The translations under genes and the position numbers were made by a program. A model generated the notes under the pieces. That model was not told the origin of the DNA and made no database searches. It saw only the letters and a list, made by a program, of their open reading frames with translations. A stretch of 63,753 nucleotides of DNA, the filler included, from Basidioascus undulatus (lineage: Eukaryota): assembly GCA_000826855.1 (NCBI GenBank). It is 13 parts of 13 records of this genome, joined end to end, with 100 filler letters (N's around TTAATTAATTAA, not from the genome) between each part and the next. Parts side by side here need not be neighbours in the genome. Positions count along the whole stretch, not along the records: positions 9,956 to 13,171 come from JTLS01002484.1; positions 13,272 to 16,487 come from JTLS01002485.1; positions 16,588 to 19,796 come from JTLS01002486.1; positions 19,897 to 23,103 come from JTLS01002487.1; positions 23,204 to 26,381 come from JTLS01002488.1; 8 more parts are not named here. One strand, given 5' to 3'. Below, in pieces: positions 12,901 through 24,731 of this stretch; the first letter of the stretch is position 1, and every line of letters starts with the position of its first letter.

Positions 12901-13171
12901 CAGCCGCCAGCGTCCGCGCCAACATCATCTGCTCCGCAGCCGTCTGGCTTTGCCCCGTTTGGCAAGCCCGCGAGCAGCACCGCGGCTGGCACAGCCCCTG
13001 CGCCCCCCTTGAGCGCCTTCCCCGGTTTCGGTAAGCTTGCAGCGCCGTCGCCTGGAGCCGCCCCGCTTGCGTCGCCCTTCGCCGGGTTCGGGGCGAAGCC
13101 CGCCCCTGCGCCCACCCCCGCAGCTCCGCCGAAGCTCGCAGGCGGGTTCGCCATGCCCGAGTCCCCTGCTC
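9956..13171 (+). CDS. FG-repeat nucleoporin (Nup159/Nup214-like central region) with two C4 zinc fingers, partial
   Basis: SAFGKPSAFG, GGFSFG and SPFAGFG repeats, acidic tracts, two C-x2-C-x10-C-x2-C motifs. One 66-nt intron (11672-11737) joins the two long ORFs in frame. Confidence 0.75.
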
Positions 13172-13271
13172 NNNNNNNNNNNNNNNNNNNNNNNNNNNNN
13201 NNNNNNNNNNNNNNNTTAATTAATTAANNNNNNNNNNNNNNNNNNNNNNNNNNNNNNNNNNNNNNNNNNNN
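13172..13271. other. Artificial contig spacer 4
   Basis: N44-TTAATTAATTAA-N44. Confidence 0.99.
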
Positions 13272-13308
13272 GCCCCTTTCTCACACTTTCTCCCCTGTAC
13301 AACCTCAG

Positions 13309-15140
13309 GCTAAACGACGACCCCGACTCCTTCCGCCTGCGCTTCCTCTCGATGGACACCTACCTCCCGCATCCGGCCGTCGCCAACGCCCTCCCAACCT
13401 TCACCGATGAGCGGTACCTTCGCGGGGGTGCCGAGGAGGGCCTTGCCGTCCAGGTCCTCGGGCCGCTGCTCGCTACGCTTGTGAGGGGTCGGCACCTCGT
13501 CGTCTGGGATTGGACGAAAGGCATGCAGCCTGTCGCTGTATGTTTTCTGCCCTTCTCTCTTCGTCCTCCCCTTCTTTATTTCCCCCAAATTCCTTCCCAT
13601 TCGCACTGATCCTGCCCCCGAATCATCAGGTTTTCTCCGCCCCGTCTCCCTCCGAGGACCCCGCCCCTCTCGCATTTGCCTTCCTCACCCCACACACCTT
13701 CGTCCTCCTCATGCGTGCTGAAATCCGGCTCTCGCCCATGCCGTCCCTCGTGGACATGGTCGACGAAGACGAGGACCCGCCGCAGCGCGTGCAGCAAGCG
13801 CTCGCGCTCGAGGTGTTCCGCTTGCCGACTGTCGAGGAACGCAGGGCGGGGGCGGGTGCCGAGGAGGAGGAGGATCAGGAGGAGGGGCTCAGGCCGAAGC
13901 TATTGGGAAGGCTGCGCTTCCCGGACCTGGCGGTGGACACGCGGTGAGTTGGGCACTGCCTGCGAAAGGGCTGAAATGGGCGCTGACGACGAATGATATG
14001 CAGCGTCGTCACCGCCGAACTCTTCCCCGAGCCGCTGCCTTCGACGAACGAGTCACACGACGTGCGTTCCCCCTCCTGTTCCCATGAAATCCAACCGCTT
14101 ACACGATAATCCCTCTTCCCCGCTCACCCCCTCCTCCAACTCCCAGCCGGCATCCGGCATCCTCACCTTCGAGCTTTGGGGGGAAGAAGGGACTTCAGCG
14201 TCGATCGAGCCCGATTGGGACGAGGAGATTGAGGAGATCCCGATGACGGGGGCGATCGCCCGTTCCGCGCTACTGCTCCCTGTCCAAGCCTCCTCTTCCT
14301 CTCCCTCTCCCTCTTCCAACGAGAACAACGATGAGCTCGAGGTCGACCTGCTCTGGGAAGAGTGGGGTCCCCAAAACACCCGCTTCTTCTATGATGAGAA
14401 CATGCCGAGCACGTACCCGAGCTTTGGCGGACGAATGGTGCAGCGCCGGGAGGTGTTCGTTGCGGAAGATGATGAGGAGGAGGAGGACGATGAGGAGAGC
14501 GATGACGAAGATGAGAAGTACGAGCTTTAGTGAGTGGGCTTTCTTCGCAAATTAGCGGAGGAGCCGGATCGCTGATCTGCGTGGGCGGACGGGCGACAGT
14601 ATCCTCGAGTGCGCGCTTCCTTCATCTTTCACCCTGTACGTGGTCTGCTAACGGCCCGATCGTCCGCACCCACAGCTTCAATCGCCATTCCGTCCGCCTC
14701 GAAGAGACGCAGACCGAGCCATCGTCCTTCCTGTCGACCGACAGACCCCCATCTTCGTCTTCCACCGCCCATCCGCCACCATCGAAGAGCGGCGAATCAG
14801 AGCCAAAGATTGACGCGGATGAGGATGCGGACGATGACGCGTCGGACGCGGGGTCTTGGGTCTCCCTGCCCCCGTCGCAAGCCATTACCGACGCGTTGTA
14901 CGTCGATTTTCCCCCGTTCTCCTTGCGCAGCGGTAAACCTGATTTTCATGCCCCTTCCACCGCAGCGTCACGCCCCCCGGCATCTTCGCGACTTACGTCG
15001 AGACGGCCCTGCCGTTCCGCGAGGTGCGCGTACCTGTGCCGGCGCACGTCGGCCACGCGATCGAGAGCGCCGTGGTCGATGCCAAGCGCGTGGTCGTCGA
15101 GGGCCCGCTTGGGGTGTTCACAGTGCTGTGCTACGCCTAG
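13309..15140 (+). CDS. Hypothetical protein resembling the C-terminal region of basidiomycete F-box proteins, 5'-partial, spliced
   Basis: Open spliced frame with LVVWDWTKG, FAFLTPHTFVL, LEVFRL and a terminal VETALPFR..VVDAKRVVV. GC-rich codon usage; stop TAG ends at 15140. The F-box itself is not in the contig. Confidence 0.5.
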
Positions 15141-15654
15141 GAATGGGCACCGGATGGGATGTTAGGGAGATCGAGGTTGAGTTGGATGTGGGCTTGGGCG
15201 TCTGGGAAGGGCGCGTGGGACAGGAGGAGCGGGTGCGCCCGTGGAGGGGAAAGGTCGGTCGGACCGTTCTTTGTGCTTCGTCTGTTACGTTCCAGGGCTG
15301 ACGCGGTCCTTGCCTTGCTCTCCTTTCCAGCATAACGGATCAGGTCGCATCGGTATTGGCATGCAGTTTTCGGATTGCGCGAATCCCAGTCGCACCTGTG
15401 CGGTCGCTCATGCGTCGCCTGGCATTCTCCGAATTCTGCGCCTCTTCGACAGGAAATCGACAGGAACGCGCATGCTGCGTCGGGTTTCCGAAGGCGTGGA
15501 AGATTTCTGGCTCTCACACCACCATCGCCGCAGCCCGGTCGCTCGACATCGCTCGGCTTTCATGCTCGTCTTCTTGCCAAGTTCACGATCCTTCGATGGT
15601 CATCCTTCTCGACGATCTAGATTCAGTTGCGCCTGACCTGCATTTGGCTCGACA

Positions 15655-16050
15655 TCAGAGGCAACTTTGGTCTCTCCTTGCAAGCGCGGACTCGACTTGC
15701 TCGGCGTTCGTCACGTCGCACCTGAAGTACTTAGGGATCAGAAAACTGCATTTTGGCGTTGAATGTGTGTCAAAGTTTACTTGTGGTACTCAACTGGCAC
15801 ACCAAGCTCCTTCAGGCTCCACAGCGCGTCAGGCGCAGGGAGAACGTCGAGAACGGCGATGTCCGCGCCAGCCTCGGCTATGGCACGAGCCATAGTGAGG
15901 CCGAGGCCACGAGAACCACCTATGCGGCAAGAATATCAAGTATCGCTCGAGTGAATAAGGAAGGAAGAAGTCGTACCGGTGACCAAAGCGACCTTGCCCT
16001 GCAGGGAAAACTCGGGGATGGTCTTGGAGGAGGAGGCGACAGGGACAGTC
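15655..16050 (-). pseudogene. Truncated short-chain dehydrogenase/reductase (N-terminal Rossmann fragment)
   Basis: FSLQGKVALVT|GGSRGLGLTMARAIAEAGADIAVLD..|CDVTNAEQVESAL, with two introns, then a stop. No nearby in-frame ATG and no YxxxK catalytic region. Confidence 0.75.
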
Positions 16051-16126
16051 GTGATGAGGCTGTTCAGTATGGGGTAATAGGCTGTGTCTAGAGGCGGTAT
16101 GCGTTGGGAGCATTCAAGAAGACGAA

Positions 16127-16209
16127 GGCGACTGAGCTGACTGGCGACTGAGCTGACTGGCGACTTAGCTGACTGGCGACTGAGCTGACTGGCGACTGAG
16201 CTGGCTGGC
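16127..16209. repeat. 16-bp minisatellite (GGCGACTGAGCTGACT) x5
   Basis: Five head-to-tail copies, two with single substitutions. Confidence 0.95.
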
Positions 16210-16487
16210 CTTCAACGAGCAGTCGTAAGAAGGTGGGGCATCCGGGCCCCGCGGGCACTACGCATGGACTAGTTTCCGATAACTTCCGGAGAGCAAGCGG
16301 AGCTCTCGCACATGGTCACGGGAGCGGTCGTCGGACGCCAGCGGCGACAGTGAGCCCGACTCCGTCGAGTCTCCCGGTGCGGCGCTCGCCTCGTCACAGC
16401 AATCATCATCGCCTCGTCCAGTGCTTTCTTACTTCTTGGTGAGCTAGATTATCTTAAAATATGTGAGGAATTTCTTCTAATGCCGTG

Positions 16488-16587
16488 NNNNNNNNNNNNN
16501 NNNNNNNNNNNNNNNNNNNNNNNNNNNNNNNTTAATTAATTAANNNNNNNNNNNNNNNNNNNNNNNNNNNNNNNNNNNNNNNNNNNN
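16488..16587. other. Artificial contig spacer 5
   Basis: N44-TTAATTAATTAA-N44. Confidence 0.99.
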
Positions 16588-19210
16588 CCTCCCTTCCCTT
16601 CCGCCCTTCCCCGGTAGGCGCGCAACGCACCCTCTGCAGCAGCCCGGCCTTCTCGCACAAGTTTGCGACGCGCGGGCGGTCGAAGTGGGAAAACATGTTG
16701 TTGCCGAGAATGGCGTCCGCGACCTGGGGCGCGTTGACGAGGTTCATCTCGAGCAGGCGCGTCTGGAGGTGGCCTTGCTCGGGCCGGTTGTCCTTGAGTG
16801 CGTCGAGGAGGAACGACGTCGCCTGCTGAATCAGGTTCTGGCCGAGGAAGATGTCGACCACCTGCCAATCCGCCCATCCGAAAAAGCATTCAGTTCAGTG
16901 TTTTTTGAAGCGAGGGAAGAGGAAAGAAGAAGACGGCAACACGCACCCGCTCAACATCCACCAGCGGCCCGCTCGCGTCCTTGATGAGCTGCCCCGCAAA
17001 CTCGGCGCCGCCATCGGGGTTGATGCGGACGATGTGTTGGAGGAGCGCGGCGTAGTCGGGCGTGTAGCCGACTTTCTGCGCGTACAGGACGATCTTGTTG
17101 TACTGGCCGGTCTCAGCGAAGCAAGCGACGACCTGCGGACGAACGGAGCACAGGAGTCAGATTGCGATCCGGGAAAGGGGAGATCAAGAAAGCCGCACTT
17201 TGTTCGGGACGTTCGCGCGGAGGTACACCGAGAGCGCGAGCGTGAGGTCGGTCGTCCTCACAATGTCTCCAAGCTCCTCCGAGCACTCGAGCTGTTCACC
17301 CCGTCCGCCGCAACTCCCTTGCCTCAGTCTCCCTTCTCTCCCAGCCAACCCGGCGAGGCGAGGCGACGCACCTTGTTCTCCTTGAGCCACTTCTCGAGTA
17401 GCTGTTTGCGGCCCTGGGCGAGGACGGGGCGCGCGAGCTCGAGCGACTCGAACTTGTTGAGCTGGCCCTTCTCGAGGAGGATGCCGAAGTACTGGAGGAT
17501 GGGCGAGAGCTGGCCCGGCGGCGCTTGGAGCGACTTGAACTGCTCGATCGTCTGCGGCGTGCGGAGGATTCCCTGTGGGTGCGAGGGGGGCGCGGGTTAG
17601 GGTACTGGGGCGGGAGGAGAGGAGACAGGGAGACCGAAGACGCACCCGAGGCGAGTTGGCAGCGACCTTAGCGGCCTCGCCGTACTGGCCGGACGCCATA
17701 AGGTTCTGGTACTGGGAGAGGTAGAGGTCGTCGGCGCCGGGGAGGTTCGCGCGGCTAGCGATCTTGAACGCGAGCTCGGTGTTGTTGAGCGTCTGCAAGA
17801 TGTAAGGGACGAGGGTGTTCTCGTCGGCGGCGACGGACAGGACCTGGCCCTTGCGGTTGACCCCGATGATGCCGGCGCTCTCCTCATGCTCGGCCGTGAC
17901 GAAGACGGTGTCGCCCGAGATGCGGTTCATGTACAGGCACGCGCCGCTCTCGAGGTCGTACAGGTGGATGAACCCGAACTTGGTCACGAGGTAGATGATC
18001 CCGTGTCGCTTCGAGATCTGCATCGCGACGGGGAAGTCCGTCGCTGCCTCCGCGGGGAAGAAGACGTCGACGGCCTTCTTCGCGTAGGGGGTCGTCCCCG
18101 CTTGGTGATCGATCTCGACGATGTGGAGCTGTATCACCCCACACACGCATCCAGTCAGACGAAGTGCGAACGGGCAGAGGAGAAAGGGAAGAAGGTTGGA
18201 GGAGGAGGGAAAGGAAGACGCACCTTGGCCCCCGTGCCTGTGCGGACCGCGAACGCAAATAGCTTCGACGGGTTCGCGTTTCCATCGAGCTTGAGCTCGG
18301 AGAACGCGGCGGCGTGGCCCTCGATGGGCTGGCTGACGCCGCGGTCCTTGTTGAACAGCTGGATAGCGCCCTTGATCCTGAACCCCTGGGGGTTCGTGTT
18401 GCTGGCGATGCCGACGAGGGCCATCCACTTTCCGTCGGGCGTCGCGCGGTAGTTGATGATCTGGCTGCCCTGCAAGTTCGCGTGCCGGTCGAAGACCTTC
18501 ACGGGCGCGTTCTCACCGGGGGCGTCGATATCCCAGTGCAGGACGGCCGTGTCCGTCACGAGCCCGAGCGTCGACTCGGAGATCCACGTCCAGAACGTGA
18601 TATCCTCTGCGGCGAGGTGCGACTTGACCTTCTGCTTCAGCTCGAGGTTGAACAGCTGCAGCTGCCGCCCGGCCTTGAGCGCAATCACTTTCCTGTTCCC
18701 TCCGCACGCCTTCTCATTCAGCGGACGCTCCCCTCGCTTTGTCTCTCCAGCCTGGTAAGCCCCGACTCACCGGTCCGGGTGCATCAGCGCCGAGTCGGCC
18801 GATATCGGTCGGCGCATGACGTTGTTCGCGTCGGACAGATCAACGATCACGACCTGTTCCCCCGTACATCCATCAGCTCCCCATCGCACCCCTGCCACCG
18901 GCCCGCCGTTAGCGCACCTGCTTCGGCGTAGTCGCGCCGTCGCCCTCGCGTACACAGATGAAGCGGTCCGAGGACATGGTGAGGGTCTGAAAGCTGATCG
19001 CAGCTGGGGAGATGCCCAGAGCGGTGAGCTGCAGGGGGGTGAGGGGAGTGTGTGTCAGGGCGCATGCGAGGGGGAGATGGCGGGGCAGGGGCAGGGTGGG
19101 CTACCTGGAGGTGCTCCGAGCTGCAAGGAAGAGAAGAGCGTCAGTCTGAGCTGTATGGGAGAGTAGGGTAAAGAGTGTGCGTACAATTGGATAGGGCGAA
19201 GCTCCGCCAT
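16588..19210 (-). CDS. CHC1: Clathrin heavy chain, N-terminal part (3'-partial), spliced
   Basis: MAELRPIQ.., [80 protein letters not shown]. Confidence 0.97.
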
Positions 19211-19796
19211 GGTGGGCAGTCTCGTTCAGGGGAAGGCAGTGGCTAGTTTGGGTGTGATGGAGGCCGAAAGGGAAGGAGAGAAGGAGAGCAGAAACAGCTG
19301 TGTCCTCCAGCGAGTCAGTATGCCATAGTGTGTGTGGAGCGTGTGTGGACGGACAAGTGTGAAAAGGATCGAGTGCGACTCGTGCGGTGTTCGTGAACAG
19401 GGAGGGTATCGAAGCGGAGGGAGGCAACAGCGGAGTGCGCGTGCGAGGCGTGGGCCAGCTGGCTGCCCGGCTGGCGTCCCCGGACGGGTCGCGGTTACCC
19501 TCAAGTTGGACGCCGCGCGTCGCTCACCTCGTCATCTCACTCAACGTCGCAGTCTTCCTCCTCCCATCTACATCTACCGCATTTCTGCCTTTCTCAGCCA
19601 CAGCAACGGTGGGTATATGTATTTGTTAAGGTGTGCTGCTGTAGGTCGAGAGGCGGCATTGACCCGAGCCTTGCCCAACAGCGCCCCGCCACCGTCTTCT
19701 GTCTCCTCCTTGCCCTAGCGAAACACATGCGAGTTCAACACGGCCTCGACCCCACCGAACGCCTCCTCCCTCTTTCTCCGATCCCACCTCACGCCC

Positions 19797-19896
19797 NNNN
19801 NNNNNNNNNNNNNNNNNNNNNNNNNNNNNNNNNNNNNNNNTTAATTAATTAANNNNNNNNNNNNNNNNNNNNNNNNNNNNNNNNNNNNNNNNNNNN
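19797..19896. other. Artificial contig spacer 6
   Basis: N44-TTAATTAATTAA-N44. Confidence 0.99.
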
Positions 19897-20578
19897 CAGC
19901 CCAACCCCGACCCCACCCTCGACCCAGAATCCTACCAACTCACCCTCCTCCTTCTCACCGGCGAGCGGCGCGACTGGTCCTTCCCCGCAACGTACACGCC
20001 CACCACGTCGGGCGGGTCGCCCGTCGCGGGCGAGAGCGCGCGCGCGCTGACTGTCGGGCGGGTGAAGGAGGTTGTTGCTGGGGAGTGGCCGGCTGGTATG
20101 TCCCTCTCTCCTCCTATCGGGTGCGGTGGGAAGCTGATTTGAAGAGGGTGGGACGGGCGTGTGGGGGGATAGAATGGAACGAGCTCAGCCCCCCGCCTGA
20201 GGCGAGGAGTCTGAGGCTCCTGCATATGGGACAGCTGTTGCAGGACGGTACGGCGCTGTCCGGTGCGTCGGGAGCTTCCTTCCTCTCTTGTTTGGTGAGG
20301 GCTAACGAGTGGGCTTGGGGATGGTGTGTGGAACAGCTACCCGCATCAAGCCCGGCGAGCGGACGATCGTCCATCTGAGCGTGAAAAACTGGGTGGGGGC
20401 TGAGGAGGACGGTGCGTCCTTCTCCCCTACATTCCTCATACCGCCTTGCAAGAGGGGATGAAAGGAAGCTGATGGGATATGGGACGCGGTGTGGTGCGGT
20501 GCAGATCTGAAAGCCGCCCGAGAAGGCACGCATGGCGTCGGGGCGGGAGGAGGGTGCTGCGGGTGTGTGATCGCTTGA
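19897..20578 (+). CDS. Membrane-anchored ubiquitin-fold protein (UBL3/MUB-like) with CAAX box, 5'-partial, 3 introns
   Basis: LTLLLLTGERR..TVGRVKEVVAGEWPA|EW..LRLLHMGQLLQD..|TIVHLSVK..|..GGGCCGCVIA-stop (TGA 20576-20578). Confidence 0.85.
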
Positions 20579-22347
20579 GGCCGCACCTACCCCACCTTCT
20601 CCACTCCCCAACATGATCCCAACACGCTCCCCGTCCGGCGTCCCATCCCCCTTTTCTTCCACTCTTTGTTCTTTCGGTCGCGCTCCATTTCCCATCTCCC
20701 CCAGTTCCAGTTCCCGCTTCCCCACTCCAGTTCAATCGCAATCCACTACGCTACACTAGCTTCGTTTCGCATACGCACTTCGTTCCCCACACAGTTCAGT
20801 CTTTGTTGTTCTCCTTCTCGCTCGCATCAGTCCCCTTCTCCCCCACACTATCCCCAAATGGTTGTCATATTGTGTTGTTGTCTGTGTTTCCTAGCCCCTC
20901 CTTCTCCCCTCTTTCAGTGTGACCGCGGGCAATGTATCCATCCGTCCTTCTAGTGATTCTCGTGTTCGTGTTCTGGTCGAGAGAGCATGGCTGGACTGCG
21001 CTTGATCGGGCCTGCGGTTGGGAGATTTCCAAGCGCAGGCGCGCTGATTTGAAATTCATGGGGTCGTTCCCTGCGTTACTGCGTCGCGACGCTGCTGAGT
21101 TATGTAGCTGGAGATGTACGAGAAACGCGTGGGGAAGAGAAATAGAGATAGAGGAAGAAGCCGAGAAGCTAGAAGGGAAGAAGACCGCCACAGCGCCTCG
21201 ATCGACGCCGATGATCCTGCACAGGTAGAGAGAGAGACGGACTGGAGAGAAATAGTACGATTTTGAGAACCGTATGGGACCGAGAAGGTCAGGTCGAGCA
21301 CGACGACGTGCTGGAGGCCGCAGAGCGCAGGTGCACGAAATGCAACCTGATGAGCCGTTCGATGCCGTCTGCCTCTTGTTCAATCTTTGTTCACATCTCA
21401 CATGTTGCGGATTATGAGCTCAAACCTCCCCAAGACGTAGAAGAACCCCGCCGTCACCCAGGCTAGACCCGAGTGCCCGACTGCTGCGAGGGCGCCAAAC
21501 CGGGGCCACGCGAAGCTGAGGCACTTCATGGGCGTGAGGACACTTTTCTGAAGGTTTAAAAGGAGGAACAGTCAGAAACAGAACTTCTCGAGATCGCGCT
21601 TCTCTGCGAGGTCCTGACGACTCGGTGTGAGAGTTGTGACGTCGGTCCACCAGCTGGCGGAATGGCCTGTGCTAGCTCGCAGACAAACTCTTTGCTATAC
21701 GTATCACTGAGATGGATGGACACATCTTTACGGTGAGATTCTACTGTTTGAAAAGCCCAGCCTCCCAGAACTCCTGCAATGCCGTTCAACGTTCCCATCG
21801 TTTTCCCATCGTTCGTCCTAAGTTCAATATCCGTTACTCAATTTTGAGCAAGCTATGCAGCCCCTGTTCACTGCATTCGCTTTTTTTTTTCCTCTCTCCC
21901 GGCTCCGGTGAAGTTTCTGAAATCCTCTTGGATTGTCTGGCGTGGTTTTTCGACCTACAAAGCTAGAGCGCAATCTGTCTCGGGTATGAGGGCAAGTATC
22001 CCGTCGTCCGTCGTGTCGATTTAAGGGGCAGCCTGTGCAAGATATATATATACGGGAAAATCTCTTTCGAAGCTCCCGCTACAGTAGCTGACAAAGTGCG
22101 GAGCTGACAAAGTGCGGAGCTGAGAAGAGAGGACTCGGTGCAGTGGAGCGGCGCACACGCGTGATCGCATGCGCCGGAGTCTGCATAGGCTTGGGCAGTC
22201 CTCTGCGCTTGTTCCCCATCCTGGAGAAGTTTATTGAATCCGTTGTTGAAGGAACCAGTTGATTTGTGCTGCCATACTTTCGCAGCCAGTCTCGCTACGG
22301 GACCTCACGCTCGCGTGGAAGATGGCAGGGGCTGAGTAAGGCTCGAA

Positions 22348-22477
22348 CTCATATCCATACTCATACACATTGGGGGTATGTATGAGTATGAGTATGAGTA
22401 TGAGTACGAGTATGAGTACGAGTATGAGAATGAGAATGAGAATGAGTATGAGGTATATATGTCATACCACCTCATAC
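22348..22477. repeat. (GAGTAT)n hexamer array flanked by inverted CATACTC/CTCATAC copies
   Basis: About 12 GAGTAT/GAGTAC/GAGAAT units at 22381-22452, with opposite-orientation copies at ~22348-22366 and ~22463-22477. Confidence 0.85.
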
Positions 22478-23017
22478 TGTGAAGTTCTGTACGAGCTTCT
22501 CAGTCGGGATGCAGCTTTTTAGCCAGGTAAGACTTCTGAAATGTTTCCACGCTGTTACGCCCTCCCAGCAATGTATCTCTTGCATGTACGTGAAACTACT
22601 GAGCGAAAAACATGAGCTCTGTAAAGAATTTGTTCCACATGTACAAATTTATTGCACAATGCTGCCAAGATGGTGCTATCACTGTTGGTAATGATTTGAT
22701 GCTACCATCAATTCAAACAGGACTAACACTTCCACCTTGCTTCACAACTTTCTAAAATAACATATGCATTTTATAAGGATGAACTGCCTGTCCTGGTGAT
22801 CAGGATTAATTTGCAGCCAGTGCCAGTCCACCTCGCTGCAGCCATCCAGAAGAAGCAGCGAAACTGCTTCCAGTTGACATGCTATGATGAACAATACTAT
22901 ATAAACCCTCTCATTTATCCTTGCTTCAATGGTTTATTGAAAGTCCTGGAGGTGTGAGCTTGTATTTATGATAGGGGAGCTGTATAGGGCCTGCACAACA
23001 GAACTTGACCAGGCAGG

Positions 23018-23103
23018 TGTCAAGAATTCGACTGGGCGGGGCAGACCACAGCGGGGGCTACCAGCTGACGGGGCTTTATGGTGGCAGGGATAGATTATGC
23101 GGC
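23018..23103 (-). mobile_element. 3' end of an LTR (reverse orientation), cut by contig end
   Basis: TGTCAAGAATTCGACTGGGCGGGGCAGACCACAGC..TACCAGCTGACGGGGCT aligns with 26795-26880 and with the reverse complement of ~28060-28122. Confidence 0.85.
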
Positions 23104-23203
23104 NNNNNNNNNNNNNNNNNNNNNNNNNNNNNNNNNNNNNNNNNNNNTTAATTAATTAANNNNNNNNNNNNNNNNNNNNNNNNNNNNNNNNNNNNNNNNN
23201 NNN
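23104..23203. other. Artificial contig spacer 7
   Basis: N44-TTAATTAATTAA-N44. Confidence 0.99.
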
Positions 23204-23311
23204 CCTTTCCCTCTCCTTCGCTTCCTGCTCGCTGGCCACTCCGCCCCCCCATTCCTCCCTCAGCTCTCTCCTTCCTCGTCAACGTCTGATTTGGTGGGTG
23301 GAACCGCGCAG

Positions 23312-23691
23312 CTACATCTCGCGCGCGAACCCGCGCGACGCGTCGCGGCACGTCGTCCTCGGCTCGCAGTGGTACCGCCCGCGCGACTTTGCCTCGCAGC
23401 TCAACGTCTCGCTCGCAAACGGGTGGGGGATCGTGCGCACGATCGTCGACCTCGCGCTCAAGGCGCCCGAGGGCAAGTACGTGCTCGTCAAAGACCCCAA
23501 CCGCGTGCGTGCCTCCTGCCTCCTTCCTCCCTTCGTCTCCTTCCCCACTCTTTCCTGTGCCTGCCTTTCCGTTACTGACATGATTCGGCCTGCGACAGTC
23601 CATCGTCCGCCTCTACTCCGTCCCCGCCGACTTTGGCGTCGAGGAGGAGGAGGAGGAGCTCGGCGAGGAGGGCGAGGGCGAGGAGGCCTAG
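23312..23691 (+). CDS. EIF3D: Eukaryotic translation initiation factor 3 subunit D, last two exons
   Basis: YISRANPRDASRHVVLG..YRPRDFASQLNVSLANGWGIVRTIVD..EGKYVLVKDPNR|..VRLYSVP followed by an acidic tail. Confidence 0.93.
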
Positions 23692-24731
23692 AGGGATGCG
23701 GTCGAGGGTCGCGCTGGGGAGGGGTTTCTTTTCTTCTTTCTTACATTTCATGCAGCGCGGAGTGTTGCATTTTTTGTGCGACGGCTTGGCGGCAAGGAGC
23801 GACCTAGAAGGCGCCCATGAGTGGAAAGAACAGATTAGAACGCGACAGGGACATCGGCCTGGAGGGCTGTCTGGGTGCGCGAGCATTGCTCGCAGGGAAA
23901 GGAGCCCTTCAGGACCAACCTGGTTTCCATACGGCAGCAGGTTTGTTTCAGATGATTGCTTTCTACCGTGGATGGGTCATGTGCGAAGGTAATCAGCCGG
24001 AGACACGGATTCGGAGAGCACGCGACGGCTGTGGTGGGCCGGGTGCCTCTGCGTGGCGCCAGAGGACTTAAATGCGGAAGCGACTTAAAGGTGATATGCA
24101 CACAGATTCTCCAACAATGAATGGTGTCCATAATGATCCATTGAAAGTCGAGGGGCCAGAGAGCTGTTTTGCAGGACCCACGAACGAAAACGAGACAACG
24201 GGCTCCACTGAGCTGCCGACGGCCCGTCGGCACGGCCTTCGACGCAGTCCTCATGCCATGCCTAGTTGCGGCCCTGAATATCAAGCTTGCATGTGAGCAA
24301 GTGATTTGGGATGAGGTCCAAGGGACATGATAAGTAAGCTCGTATAGTCATGCGGTTGATCCGCTGTGGTGCTGACGGTAGGCTGGTCTATGCTAGCTTC
24401 GAGTTGAAGCTACAGCCCAGCAGGCTCCGACTGTACATTAAGCGACTGCTTCGTGTATGGGAATTGCAGTCACCCACGGGTGAGGCAGTCTGTAGCGATC
24501 GTGTGAACGACCGACGGTCTATTGCGTACCACTCGCCGTTAACCGTTAGCACTCGTGTTGCCCCTCTTCTTCCTTCGCAAAAGGAAGAGCCAGCCTTTAA
24601 TAAGAGAGCTCGATCTAGTCTACATGCGACGGTTCGAGCACTCCGTTGCTTGGCGTGTGCTGCTCAGCTCAACCATGTCAAGCCGAACAGTAAAGACAAG
24701 GGACTTTGGAGGCAGTAGCTGACAGCCTCGG

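Noticed and set aside
9900..13154. Long antisense and alternate-frame ORFs over the nucleoporin and other GC-rich genes
   Set aside because: These are shadow ORFs caused by high GC3 and low-complexity coding; they have no independent motifs.
22088..22126. AGCTGACAAAGTGCGG tandem duplication
   Set aside because: About 2.4 copies, consistent with simple slippage; its sharing of AGCTGA with the 16127 repeat is probably chance.
24060..24140. Possible second LAGLIDADG fragment (WRICVHITFKSLPHL)
   Set aside because: The resemblance is too short and has no supporting upstream motifs.
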